Shown piece by piece: positions 42,173-50,494 of a DNA stretch of 64,000 nt (its first letter is position 1; each line of letters starts with the position of its first letter). Both the position numbers and the translations under genes were made by a program. The notes beneath the pieces were generated by a model. It was given only the letters and a program-made list of their open reading frames with translations. It made no database searches and was not told where the DNA came from. Source of the stretch: an uncultured Clostridia bacterium (GTDB lineage: Bacteria; Bacillota; Clostridia; Christensenellales; UBA1242); assembly GCA_944360075.1 (NCBI GenBank), contig CALVTE010000001.1, forward strand, positions 7,054-71,053. Direction: 5' to 3'.

Positions 42173-43648
42173 TTAAAGAAGGATGCAAATCACCCCACCC
42201 TTCCCCTCATTCACAATCCTGCCCAGAGTCTTGCGCATTTTTCGTTGAGCTTCGGCGGGCATCATGAGAAGTTTGGAGTTGATGTTATCGCCAACTAGTT
42301 CAGAAAGGGTGCGGCCAAGAATGTTGGTTTGCCAGATGGATTGAGGATCGTTTTCAAATTGGTCGACAAGATTTTTGGCAAGGTCTTGAGATTGGTCTTC
42401 GCTGCCAACAAGCGGGGTGAGCTCTGTTTCAACATCAACACGCATGATGTGAAGACTTGGTGCGGTGGCTTTGATTTTAACGCCGTAGCGAGAGCCTTGT
42501 TTGATGATTTCGGGCTGACCAAGTTCGAAATCGGTTGGCTTTGGCTCAACAACGCCATAGCCAGTTTGGCTGACTTGGTCAAGGGCGTCTTTAAGTTTGT
42601 CGTATTGAATTTTTGCGCTTGCAAGGTCTTTGATGTTGCAAAGAAGTTGATAATCGCTGGCAATTTCAATCCCGCACTGCTGTGAAAGCACTTTATAGAA
42701 AAGACCTTCCTTTGGAATGACGTCAAATTTTATCACTCCTTCGCCCGCTTGAATGTTGGAATAAGTGATAGGGTCAAACGAGTCACTTTCGGCAAAGGCG
42801 ATTTGGTTTTTGTCGGCATCGCTCAGGCGATTGATTTTGCCGCCGAGAGCACGCATTTCAGAGGCGATTTCGCTGATGATTGGACTGTTATAGTCAAGAG
42901 CTCGCAGCCAATCAGGCATAGAAATTCTGATAGACTTGACAGGAAATTCCATCAAAAGATTTTCAAAAATCTTGTCAACATCGCCTTCTTTAAGTTCAAG
43001 CGCATTGAGAGCAATCACTGGCACGTCATACTTTTCTTCAAGAGACGAAGAAAGCTTTTTTGTTTCAGCGGCAGCAGGATGAGCGCTGTTTAAAACAATA
43101 ACGAAAGGTTTGCCGGCAGCTTTAAGTTCTTTTACCACCTTTTCCTCTGCGTCAATATAGTTAGAGCGGCTTATGTCTGTGACCGAACCGTCGGTTGTGA
43201 CCATAATGCCAATCGTTGAATGCTCTTTGATCACCTTGTCGGTGCCAAGAGCGGCGGCTTCTTCAAAAGGGATTTCTTCTTCCGTCCAAGGAGTTTTGAC
43301 AAGCCTTGGTTTTTCGCCTTCCACATGCCCCATCGCACCCGAGATAAGATAGCCCACGCAATCAATCATTCGCACTGACATTTCGGCGTCAGCAACCTTG
43401 ATTTTGACCGCTTCGTTTGGCACAAAATGAGGCTGTGTGGTCATAATTGTTTTGCCATCGGCACTTTGCGGCAATTCGTCAACCGTTCTTTCTTTGGAAT
43501 TTTTTTCAGTGATATTAGGAAGCACAAGTTTTTGCATAAACTGAGTGATAAAAGTTGATTTTCCCACTCTCACAGGCCCAACAACGCCGATATAAATATC
43601 GCCATTGGTTCTTTCCTTAATATCATCATAGATTTCATATTTTTCCAT
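42173..43648 (-). CDS. spoIVA: Stage IV sporulation protein A (spore coat basement-layer ATPase).
   Basis: MEKYEIYDDIKERTNGDIYIGVVGPVRVGKSTFI carries the Walker A motif, and conservation is full-length. GGAGG lies 5 nt upstream of the ATG at 43648. Confidence 0.93.
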   Translation of the reverse strand: MEKYEIYDDIKERTNGDIYIGVVGPVRVGKSTFITQFMQKLVLPNITEKNSKERTVDELPQSADGKTIMTTQPHFVPNEAVKIKVADAEMSVRMIDCVGYLISGAMGHVEGEKPRLVKTPWTEEEIPFEEAAALGTDKVIKEHSTIGIMVTTDGSVTDISRSNYIDAEEKVVKELKAAGKPFVIVLNSAHPAAAETKKLSSSLEEKYDVPVIALNALELKEGDVDKIFENLLMEFPVKSIRISMPDWLRALDYNSPIISEIASEMRALGGKINRLSDADKNQIAFAESDSFDPITYSNIQAGEGVIKFDVIPKEGLFYKVLSQQCGIEIASDYQLLCNIKDLASAKIQYDKLKDALDQVSQTGYGVVEPKPTDFELGQPEIIKQGSRYGVKIKATAPSLHIMRVDVETELTPLVGSEDQSQDLAKNLVDQFENDPQSIWQTNILGRTLSELVGDNINSKLLMMPAEAQRKMRKTLGRIVNEGKGGVICILL

Positions 43649-43671
43649 AATAACCTCCAATGATACATCTT

Positions 43672-43700
43672 ATCTTATGAGAGGGCTATGGCAAATATAA
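43672..43700 (-). promoter_or_regulatory. Sigma-E-type (mother-cell) promoter candidate for spoIVA.
   Basis: On the minus strand: TTATATT, a 14-nt spacer, then CATAAGAT. Compare the published Bacillus sigma-E consensus ZHATAXX-14-CATACAHT. The ATA core and spacing match, and 6 of 8 positions match in the -10. Confidence 0.4.
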
Positions 43701-43754
43701 CAAAAATTCAACAAAAAAACCGCACCTTTTTGGCGCGGGAAGATAAAAATTCAA

Positions 43755-44063
43755 CTATAAACTTGAACTTTCTTTGTATGGCACATATGCAATGGCCTGC
43801 TTTGCAAGTTCAACTTGGCCATCCTCAAATCTGCCTTCGTTGGCAATCAGCGTCGACAAAAGCAAAAAGTGTTCAATCACATGGCCAATTTCAAACAGAC
43901 TTTCATCATTCAAAATTGGGTGACACTTATCCACTAGTTCGCAAAGAAATGTCACATCTTTTTCTTGGCATAAAAACTTGACATAGCGCAGTTGCTGCTC
44001 ATGGTCTTGCTTTTTAAGTTTGTTGTAAATCACTCTCATATCACATTTTTCAGTCTTTGTCAT
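43755..44063 (-). CDS. Hypothetical small protein.
   Basis: 102 aa starting at the ATG at 44063, with GGGAG 5 nt upstream. It is followed by a hairpin plus T run (CCGCGCC...GGTGCGG TTTTTTT). I recognised no motif. Confidence 0.55.
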   Translation of the reverse strand: MTKTEKCDMRVIYNKLKKQDHEQQLRYVKFLCQEKDVTFLCELVDKCHPILNDESLFEIGHVIEHFLLLSTLIANEGRFEDGQVELAKQAIAYVPYKESSSL

Positions 44064-44065
44064 AA

Positions 44066-44422
44066 CTACTCCCATTCTTGATTGCCCGACTCTTTTGTTT
44101 GCTCTTTTTGTTTTCTCATCGCTTGCACCTGCTTGTTTTCTGCAACGCTTTTATAAAGTTTTGTCACAAGTTCTTGCGGCAATCGGTCTTTATATCTCTC
44201 GGCAATAGTAAAGGTTATTCTTGGCTCATCATAAACACAAATTTGCTCAACAACAAAGTTAAGTTCTTGTTTTTGGTCTTCACCGTTATAATACTCTAAA
44301 ATCTCTTGAATTTTGTTGGCGTAGTCCAAAAAAATCAAAAGGTTTGTTTTGCTTTCTCTTATCTCGTCTTCCTGCTGCTGCGAAAGCACATCTTCGTTGG
44401 CTGGTTTGTTTTTATCACTCAT
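44066..44422 (-). CDS. Hypothetical acidic protein.
   Basis: 118 aa, rich in Glu and Gln at both ends. It lies between plsY and spoIVA. I recognised no motif. Confidence 0.55.
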   Translation of the reverse strand: MSDKNKPANEDVLSQQQEDEIRESKTNLLIFLDYANKIQEILEYYNGEDQKQELNFVVEQICVYDEPRITFTIAERYKDRLPQELVTKLYKSVAENKQVQAMRKQKEQTKESGNQEWE

Positions 44423-44458
44423 CTTTCACCTCTTTACGCTGTCAGTATAATACACATT

Positions 44459-45220
44459 TTACCGTTTGTCAAGGTCTGATTTTTCTTGAGAAGGCTCATT
44501 TTCGATGACAATTTCTTTTTCCACCTTTTGCTCGATAATCTCTTCATTTATAATCTCTTCACCCTTCTTTTTGCAGAAGGCTTGTTTCAGTTTTTGCTTG
44601 AAATCAATTTTGTTTTCTGTGCCTTTGATAAGCCTTTGGATGTTTGCTCTATGCCTAGCGAGCGTCAAGATGATAAGAAGCCAAACAATCGCGGTGATAG
44701 CCCAGGCGTAAGGCACCGCCACAACCCAAATATAAATTGTTGTGGCGATTGCGTTGCCGCCAAGATATAAAAAGGAAATCACAGAGCCATATTCAATGAA
44801 AATAAACAGAATAAAGCAGACTGCAAACCATGCAAGTGCAACATACCACGTTGGCGAAAAAAGGAAGATGCCGGCAAAGCAGGCAACGCCTTTTCCGCCT
44901 TTAAATTTGCTCCACAGAGGAAAGTTGTAGCCAAGAAGAACAAAGGCTCCGGCAAAATAGTGAATCATTGGCGCAAATTCAGGCAGAATTATGCTTGCAA
45001 TAAGGCAGACAAGCCCTGATTTGACAACCTCTGCAACAAAGGTTAAAATTGCCATAACAAAGCCAAAACTACGCAGCATATTCATGGTGCCTGGATTGCC
45101 GCTGCCGATTTTTGTTATATCTTTTCGTTTGACATTCCAAGCCAAAATTTTGGAAAAATTGATTGTTCCAATCAGATAACTGACAATTGCCACCAGTGCA
45201 AAGTATAAAACATTTATCAT
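44459..45220 (-). CDS. plsY: Glycerol-3-phosphate acyltransferase PlsY with a ~48-aa charged C-terminal tail.
   Basis: GSGNPGTMN motif, multi-TM core and HRANIQRLIKGTE near the usual C-terminus. An extra tail follows: DFKQKLKQAFCKKKGEEIINEEIIEQKVEKEIVIENEPSQEKSDLDKR. It overlaps der by 4 nt. Confidence 0.88.
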   Translation of the reverse strand: MINVLYFALVAIVSYLIGTINFSKILAWNVKRKDITKIGSGNPGTMNMLRSFGFVMAILTFVAEVVKSGLVCLIASIILPEFAPMIHYFAGAFVLLGYNFPLWSKFKGGKGVACFAGIFLFSPTWYVALAWFAVCFILFIFIEYGSVISFLYLGGNAIATTIYIWVVAVPYAWAITAIVWLLIILTLARHRANIQRLIKGTENKIDFKQKLKQAFCKKKGEEIINEEIIEQKVEKEIVIENEPSQEKSDLDKR

Positions 45221-46527
45221 TTTTTCTCCTCCTTGCCACGCACGATGAGTTTTATCGGACAGCCAGAAAAATCCACTCGCTCGCGCAGTCTGTTTTCAAG
45301 ATAGCGCCGATACGCAAAATTGACCAGTGTGGCATCATTTACAAACACCACAAAAGTTGGAGGATTAGTGGAAGGCTGCGTGATATATTGCACTTTCACC
45401 ACTCTGCCCTTATGCGTTGGCGGTTGATGATTGAGTATGGCATCATGCAGAATCTCGTTGAGTAGTCCTGTTGTGATGCGTTTGCTTGCATTTTGATAGG
45501 ATTTTTCTGCAAGTTGCATGATTTGTCCCACTCCTTGTCCAGTAAGCGCGGACACATAAATTGACTGATAATAGGCCATAAAAGCCAAATCTTTTTGCAG
45601 CATCTTTTCAAAGGCTGTTTTGTCACCCTTTTTGATGTCCCATTTGTTGATGACAATCACAGAAGGTTTGCCAGCCTCATGCACCATGCCAGCAATTCGC
45701 ACATCTTGCTCTGAAAGTTTTTCTTGGCTGCCATCAAACACAACAAGCACAATATCAGCCTCTTCAATCGCCGTCAAACTTCGCAAAACAGAATAGCCTT
45801 CAATCGACGCTTTTTCAACCCCGCGCTGACGCCTTAGCCCTGCGGTGTCAACAAAGGCATAGTCTTTTTTGTTAAACTTAAACGGCACCAAAACGCTGTC
45901 TCTTGTTGTGCCTTCCACATTGCTGACAAGCACTCTGTTTGACCCCACAAGCTTGTTGACAAGGCTGCTTTTGCCAACATTTGGGCGGCCTACAATGGCG
46001 ATTTTCACCATTTTGTCATCTTCTTTTGCCGACTTTTCTGGGAAAAACGAAACAATTTGGTCAAGCACGTCACCAATCCCCTTGCTTTGCTCAAGCGAAA
46101 GAGGAAAAGGCTGCCCCAGCCCCAAACTGTAAAACTCATAGGTTTGTTCCACTTCAAAATTATCGAGTTTGTTGACCACCAAAACGATTGGAGTTTTTGA
46201 CCTTTTCAAGATTTTTGCCACTTCCTCATCATTGGCAGTCAGCCCTGTTCTGCCATCCACCAAAAAGACAATCACGTCGGCCTGCTCTATGGCAATTTGT
46301 GCTTGCAGGCTGATGTCTGATTGAAAAACATCCTCGCTTTTTGGGTCAAGTCCGCCAGTGTCAACCAGCAAAAAATTATGCCCACACCACTCTGCATCAG
46401 CATAAATCCTGTCTCTAGTCACGCCCGGGGTGTCGTCAACAATGCTTATTCTTTTTCCGCAGATTTTGTTGAAAAAGGTGCTTTTGCCAACATTTGGGCG
46501 CCCAACAATGGCCACAATCGGTTTCAT
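45217..46527 (-). CDS. der: Ribosome-associated GTPase Der (EngA).
   Basis: Two tandem G domains (GRPNVGKST and GRPNVGKSS, DTGG/DTAG, NKLD/NKWD) plus a C-terminal KH-like domain. Confidence 0.95.
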   Translation of the reverse strand: MKPIVAIVGRPNVGKSTFFNKICGKRISIVDDTPGVTRDRIYADAEWCGHNFLLVDTGGLDPKSEDVFQSDISLQAQIAIEQADVIVFLVDGRTGLTANDEEVAKILKRSKTPIVLVVNKLDNFEVEQTYEFYSLGLGQPFPLSLEQSKGIGDVLDQIVSFFPEKSAKEDDKMVKIAIVGRPNVGKSSLVNKLVGSNRVLVSNVEGTTRDSVLVPFKFNKKDYAFVDTAGLRRQRGVEKASIEGYSVLRSLTAIEEADIVLVVFDGSQEKLSEQDVRIAGMVHEAGKPSVIVINKWDIKKGDKTAFEKMLQKDLAFMAYYQSIYVSALTGQGVGQIMQLAEKSYQNASKRITTGLLNEILHDAILNHQPPTHKGRVVKVQYITQPSTNPPTFVVFVNDATLVNFAYRRYLENRLRERVDFSGCPIKLIVRGKEEKK

Positions 46528-46601
46528 ACCAAAATATTAACATATTTAAAAAAGATTATCAACTAAATTGCGATAATCTTAAAATTATTCTTTTGCTGCT
46601 G

Positions 46602-47546
46602 TCAAATAAACAAAATTTTCATGACCAAAAAATTGAAAGCATTTTCGCTGAGCATTTGTCCCGACTTGATTTTATAGTCAATTTCTTCAAGAAGATTGAA
46701 GATTTTTTTCAGCTGCATTTTTGAAAAATTTTGTTGCTGCTGACGGATTTTTTTGACAGCGTATTCCTTTATGCCCAAACTTTGAGCAAGTTCTTGATCA
46801 GACTGCTGAGAAATTGAAATGAAAAACATTCTGCGAAAATGGTTTGCAACCAGCGAGATAATCCCCTGCTCTTTGGCAAGCAGGCTGGCAAGTTGCACCG
46901 CCCTGTCGACATTCCGCTCGCCAAGGGCTTGTGTGAGCTCAAAAACTGCAAATTCGTTTTCTTTGCTCACGCACTTTTCAACCATGTTTTTGGTGATAAG
47001 CGGATTTTCAAGGTCAACAAAGCAAAGCTTGTCAAGTTCGTTGATGGCCTTGGTCAAAAAGCCATTGCAATATTCAAGCAAAGCAGAAACAGCTTCTTGC
47101 GTGATTTGTTTGCCCCTCTTTGCAAGCTCGTTGACCAGCACGGCCTGAGCCATTTTCTGGTCAAATCTGCGGCAATCAACAAACTCGCACTGCTCTTTCA
47201 AAAGCCCAAACTTGTTTTCAAAGTCATAAATCACCACCACTGTGCTTTTTGGCATCTGCTCAAACCCCGCCCCAATTTTTTTAAGTTCCACCGTTGTGAC
47301 TTTTGTGATGTTTTTTAAAAGTATAAGTCGTTTTTGGTCAATCAGTGGCAAAACCTCTGTTGCATCCAAAAACCTGTCGCAAGAAAAGTTGTCATCATCA
47401 AACTTGACAAGATTGAACTCTTCCATGCTGATATGGCAGGCGTTTTTGACCATGGCAAAAGCCTTGTCGAAAAGAAACAGGTCGTCCCCTTGCAACAGAT
47501 AAACATTTTTAAGTTGTTTGTTCAACCTTGCCTTTAAAGTTTTCAA
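46602..47546 (-). CDS. holA: DNA polymerase III delta subunit.
   Basis: 314 aa. The N-terminus is VYLLQGDDLFLFDKA, typical of HolA. It lies immediately downstream of comEC with a 4-nt overlap, as in other Firmicutes. Confidence 0.75.
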   Translation of the reverse strand: MKTLKARLNKQLKNVYLLQGDDLFLFDKAFAMVKNACHISMEEFNLVKFDDDNFSCDRFLDATEVLPLIDQKRLILLKNITKVTTVELKKIGAGFEQMPKSTVVVIYDFENKFGLLKEQCEFVDCRRFDQKMAQAVLVNELAKRGKQITQEAVSALLEYCNGFLTKAINELDKLCFVDLENPLITKNMVEKCVSKENEFAVFELTQALGERNVDRAVQLASLLAKEQGIISLVANHFRRMFFISISQQSDQELAQSLGIKEYAVKKIRQQQQNFSKMQLKKIFNLLEEIDYKIKSGQMLSENAFNFLVMKILFI

Positions 47547-49606
47547 TCAAGCCCCCGAATAGATAGATTTTCTTCAAGCAGAATGGAAAAATTGCCATAT
47601 TCTTCAAAACTCAAATTGCCCTTACTTGCAAAGTTTGAAACCACTTTGGCTTTGCTGTTTGGCAAATTTGATTGGTTGTTGCCTACAAATATAATATCAT
47701 AATCATTCTGATTTACCAAATCAATAAGCGCCATATTTTCAACATTTTGAGCAAGCAAAACTTTGCTTCCGTCAAACTCAATCACAAAGGCCTTTTGCTG
47801 GTAGCTGACTTTGAAAGAGCCAATTTGCAAGGGCTGAAGAGAAACTTCAATTTGCTCTTCATCGGCCTTGTCAATGTTTGGACTGAGAATAGCCCTTGCG
47901 CCGTAATCTTTCCAAATCTTGACATCGGAAGAAGACAAATTTTCTGACAAATAAAAATCAACTTGATAGTTTTGGTCTAGTGAAGAAAAGGTTTGATAGT
48001 AGTAGTCATCGCCGTAGCAAAGACAATCACCTTCTTTGGAAGTGAAAACTATCATTTGACCTTGATACGAATTTACAAAAGAGATGGAGGCAAAGTTGTT
48101 TAAAACAAGGCTTGGAAAAATAAGAGAAAGGCAAAGAGCGAAAGCAACAAAACTTGCAGTCAAAAACCTTCCAAGCGGCCTAAGCACATAAAAGGAAGAA
48201 AGTGTGAAGAAGAAAACAACAATAAACACACTGATTGAAACAGAAAATGGCTTGAGAGGCACTTGCAGCGAAGTTGAAGCAAAGAATGAAGCGATTTGGA
48301 ACACCAAATTAAGAAAAAAGTCAAAAATTGAAAACAAGGGCGCGATAAATGGCATTATAACAACCAAAAACGCCATCACAAACATAAGCGGAAAGATAAG
48401 CGAAAAAATTGGAATAATCAAAAGGTTTGCAAAAACAGAAAGAAAGTTGAAAGATGAAAAGAAAGAAGCCGTGAAAGGCAAAATCCCAAATTGAGCAGCC
48501 ACTGAAACCGCCGTCAGCTGAGCAATCTTGTTGGGCATAACATGGCTAAGAACTCTTGTGAAAGGTTTTGCCAAAAGCAGGATGAACATAACGCAGAAAA
48601 ACGACATCAAAAAGCCCACGTCGATTGCTGAGAGAGGACTGAACAGCACAATAACAAACCCGGCAATGGCAAGAGCGTTCAAGCCATCATAAGGTCGATT
48701 GCAAATTCTTGACAGGCATAGAATAAGAGCCATGATGGTTGCCCTGACAACTGAAGGTGTGAAGCCGCAAAGATAACAATAGCAAAGCAGAACCAGAGCG
48801 ATGATTATCAGATTGACAAATTTGTTGGAGCGAAAAAGTTTGAGAAACAGCATAAGCGCGCCAACAATAAAAGAAATATGCAAACCGCTGACCGTCAGCA
48901 CGTGAACAATGCCGCTGTTGCGATAAACCTGCGACACCTCTTCTTCAATCATGCTTTGGTCACCAAACAAAACAGCGTAAGCGATATAGGCATTTTTCTC
49001 TTCCATATTTTGCAGCAGGGCGGTTTTGACTTTATCGCGAAACTGCTCGTCAATGTTCATCTGCCCAGAAGTGACCACCACCTTTGAGGCCTGCACCGAA
49101 GATGAGTAGCCCACGCCGCTACGGTAGTTTGACAGAGAAAAAACGCCTAGATTAAAACCTTTGACCTTTTCAACTTCGGCTTCAAACGACAAACTGTCGC
49201 CAACTTCAAAATCACACTCTCCAGAAACAAACACCTTCAAATTTTTGCTGCTTTGTCCGTCAATAGAAACATTTTCAAGCACAACCGACGAGTAAGACTC
49301 TTCTTGAACAAAATTTTTATCGCTCACTCTGCCCACCACCAAAACCTGGCCTTGATAGTCAGGGTTATCAAAAAATTGCATGCCTAAAAAGAAACACCCG
49401 TTGCCCGCAAAGAAAAATATTGCGATGAGCAAAATTGGCAAAATCTTTTTATAGCAGATTGAGACAATAATAACAAAAAGAAAAACAATGGCAACAATTA
49501 TAATCGCCTCAGCCACCGCTTCATACAAACTTTTGGCAATCCCCGCTCCAAGCAAAAGTGCAAGAAAGCAATAGAAGGGATAGCGAAAATTTATAAACTT
49601 TTTCAC
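47543..49606 (-). CDS. comEC: DNA internalization competence protein ComEC/Rec2. The C-terminal domain lacks metallo-beta-lactamase His motifs.
   Basis: N-terminal OB/DUF4131-like region. The competence domain carries VLFGDQSMIEEEVSQVYRNSGIVHVLTVSGLHISFI and many TM segments. There is no HxHxDH motif and no His at all in the last ~330 residues. Confidence 0.85.
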   Translation of the reverse strand: MKKFINFRYPFYCFLALLLGAGIAKSLYEAVAEAIIIVAIVFLFVIIVSICYKKILPILLIAIFFFAGNGCFFLGMQFFDNPDYQGQVLVVGRVSDKNFVQEESYSSVVLENVSIDGQSSKNLKVFVSGECDFEVGDSLSFEAEVEKVKGFNLGVFSLSNYRSGVGYSSSVQASKVVVTSGQMNIDEQFRDKVKTALLQNMEEKNAYIAYAVLFGDQSMIEEEVSQVYRNSGIVHVLTVSGLHISFIVGALMLFLKLFRSNKFVNLIIIALVLLCYCYLCGFTPSVVRATIMALILCLSRICNRPYDGLNALAIAGFVIVLFSPLSAIDVGFLMSFFCVMFILLLAKPFTRVLSHVMPNKIAQLTAVSVAAQFGILPFTASFFSSFNFLSVFANLLIIPIFSLIFPLMFVMAFLVVIMPFIAPLFSIFDFFLNLVFQIASFFASTSLQVPLKPFSVSISVFIVVFFFTLSSFYVLRPLGRFLTASFVAFALCLSLIFPSLVLNNFASISFVNSYQGQMIVFTSKEGDCLCYGDDYYYQTFSSLDQNYQVDFYLSENLSSSDVKIWKDYGARAILSPNIDKADEEQIEVSLQPLQIGSFKVSYQQKAFVIEFDGSKVLLAQNVENMALIDLVNQNDYDIIFVGNNQSNLPNSKAKVVSNFASKGNLSFEEYGNFSILLEENLSIRGLD

Positions 49607-49711
49607 AAGTTATGATTTTAGCAAATAAAACAAAATTTGAAAAACATTTTTGGTTTTTTGCAGAATTTTTTGCAATTTTAGCGATTTTTTTGAAATAATT
49701 GTTGAAAAAAC

Positions 49712-49736
49712 AAAAAAAAGCGGGCAAAAAGCCCGC
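49712..49736 (-). terminator. Rho-independent terminator distal to the solo repeat element.
   Basis: On the minus strand: GCGGGC, loop TTTTT, GCCCGC, followed by TTTTTTTT. Confidence 0.75.
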
Positions 49737-49744
49737 CTAGTTTA

Positions 49745-49908
49745 CTTATATATTACAGACCGCAGAGAAACAAGCGAGGCAAGGCTCGAAAAATGCTCAA
49801 GGCCAGGAGTTTAGCTTTTCTAAATGACTGGTTTTGTGCGTTTTTCAGTAAACGATGCAAGAAAAATTACAAGTAATTTTTCGGTCGCGCCGTTTATCTG
49901 TAGTCTGA
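49745..49908. repeat. Diverged solo copy of the 41.7-kb element, bracketed by a perfect 25-nt direct repeat.
   Basis: It shares AGAAACAAGC, GCAAGG(CTCGAA), GGAGTTT, AAATGAC.GG, TTCAGTAAAC and GCGCCGTTTAT, in the same order as the array copies. It is flanked by GCGGGCAAAAAGCCCGCCTAGTTTA at 49720-49744 and 49909-49933. Confidence 0.7.
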
Positions 49909-49930
49909 GCGGGCAAAAAGCCCGCCTAGT

Positions 49931-50179
49931 TTATTTATCTTCTTCATCCTTATCTTGCGACTTGGCTTCATCATCTTTGTCTGTTTTGTTCTCTGATGAA
50001 CTTTTTGGCATAGACACCACACCAAAAACCACCAAGATTCCAGCGATTGCCATGATTATCCCAGACACAACTTCGCTTTGAATTGAAAAACCAAAACAAT
50101 CACCCAGTGCTTGCAGCAGCACCACAACCGCACCTGATAAAGCCGTCCAAAAGCTATAAGATTTAATCTTGTCCTTCAT
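49931..50179 (-). CDS. Phage holin (phi LC3 / holin_1-like).
   Basis: 82 aa. KSYSFWTALSGAVVVLLQALGDCFGF and VVSGIIMAIAGILVVFGVV form two TM segments, followed by a charged tail. GGAGG lies upstream inside the bhlA 3' end. Confidence 0.7.
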   Translation of the reverse strand: MKDKIKSYSFWTALSGAVVVLLQALGDCFGFSIQSEVVSGIIMAIAGILVVFGVVSMPKSSSENKTDKDDEAKSQDKDEEDK

Positions 50180-50393
50180 CGTCTTGTGCCTCCAAAAATT
50201 GTTTTATTTCGTCAATATCCTGTTCGATGCGCTCCATTTTTGCCAAATGCAAAGTCAGCTGCGCGATGGTCTGGCGATAGGCCTCTTCGCGTTTTTCGCT
50301 GTCTTTAAGTTGCCAAAAAAACAGAAACACAAACAAAACGGCAAAAATTCCATTGCTGATTATCACTCTTAAAAATTCTTCCCAAAACTGCAT
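50163..50393 (-). CDS. bhlA: BhlA/UviB-family holin-like peptide.
   Basis: 76 aa. GIFAVLFVFLFFWQLKDSEKREEAY matches the BhlA pattern (GPFAVLF..LLFY..K....RE), and a coiled-coil tail follows. Confidence 0.7.
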   Translation of the reverse strand: MQFWEEFLRVIISNGIFAVLFVFLFFWQLKDSEKREEAYRQTIAQLTLHLAKMERIEQDIDEIKQFLEAQDDEGQD

Positions 50394-50494
50394 TTTGCAA
50401 AAGATTTGTCATTTCTAGCCAATTTTGAATTTTTCATAGCACCTCCACGAAAAATGTTTTGCAAACAAACTTTTGTCAGAATTGAAAGTGCTGA

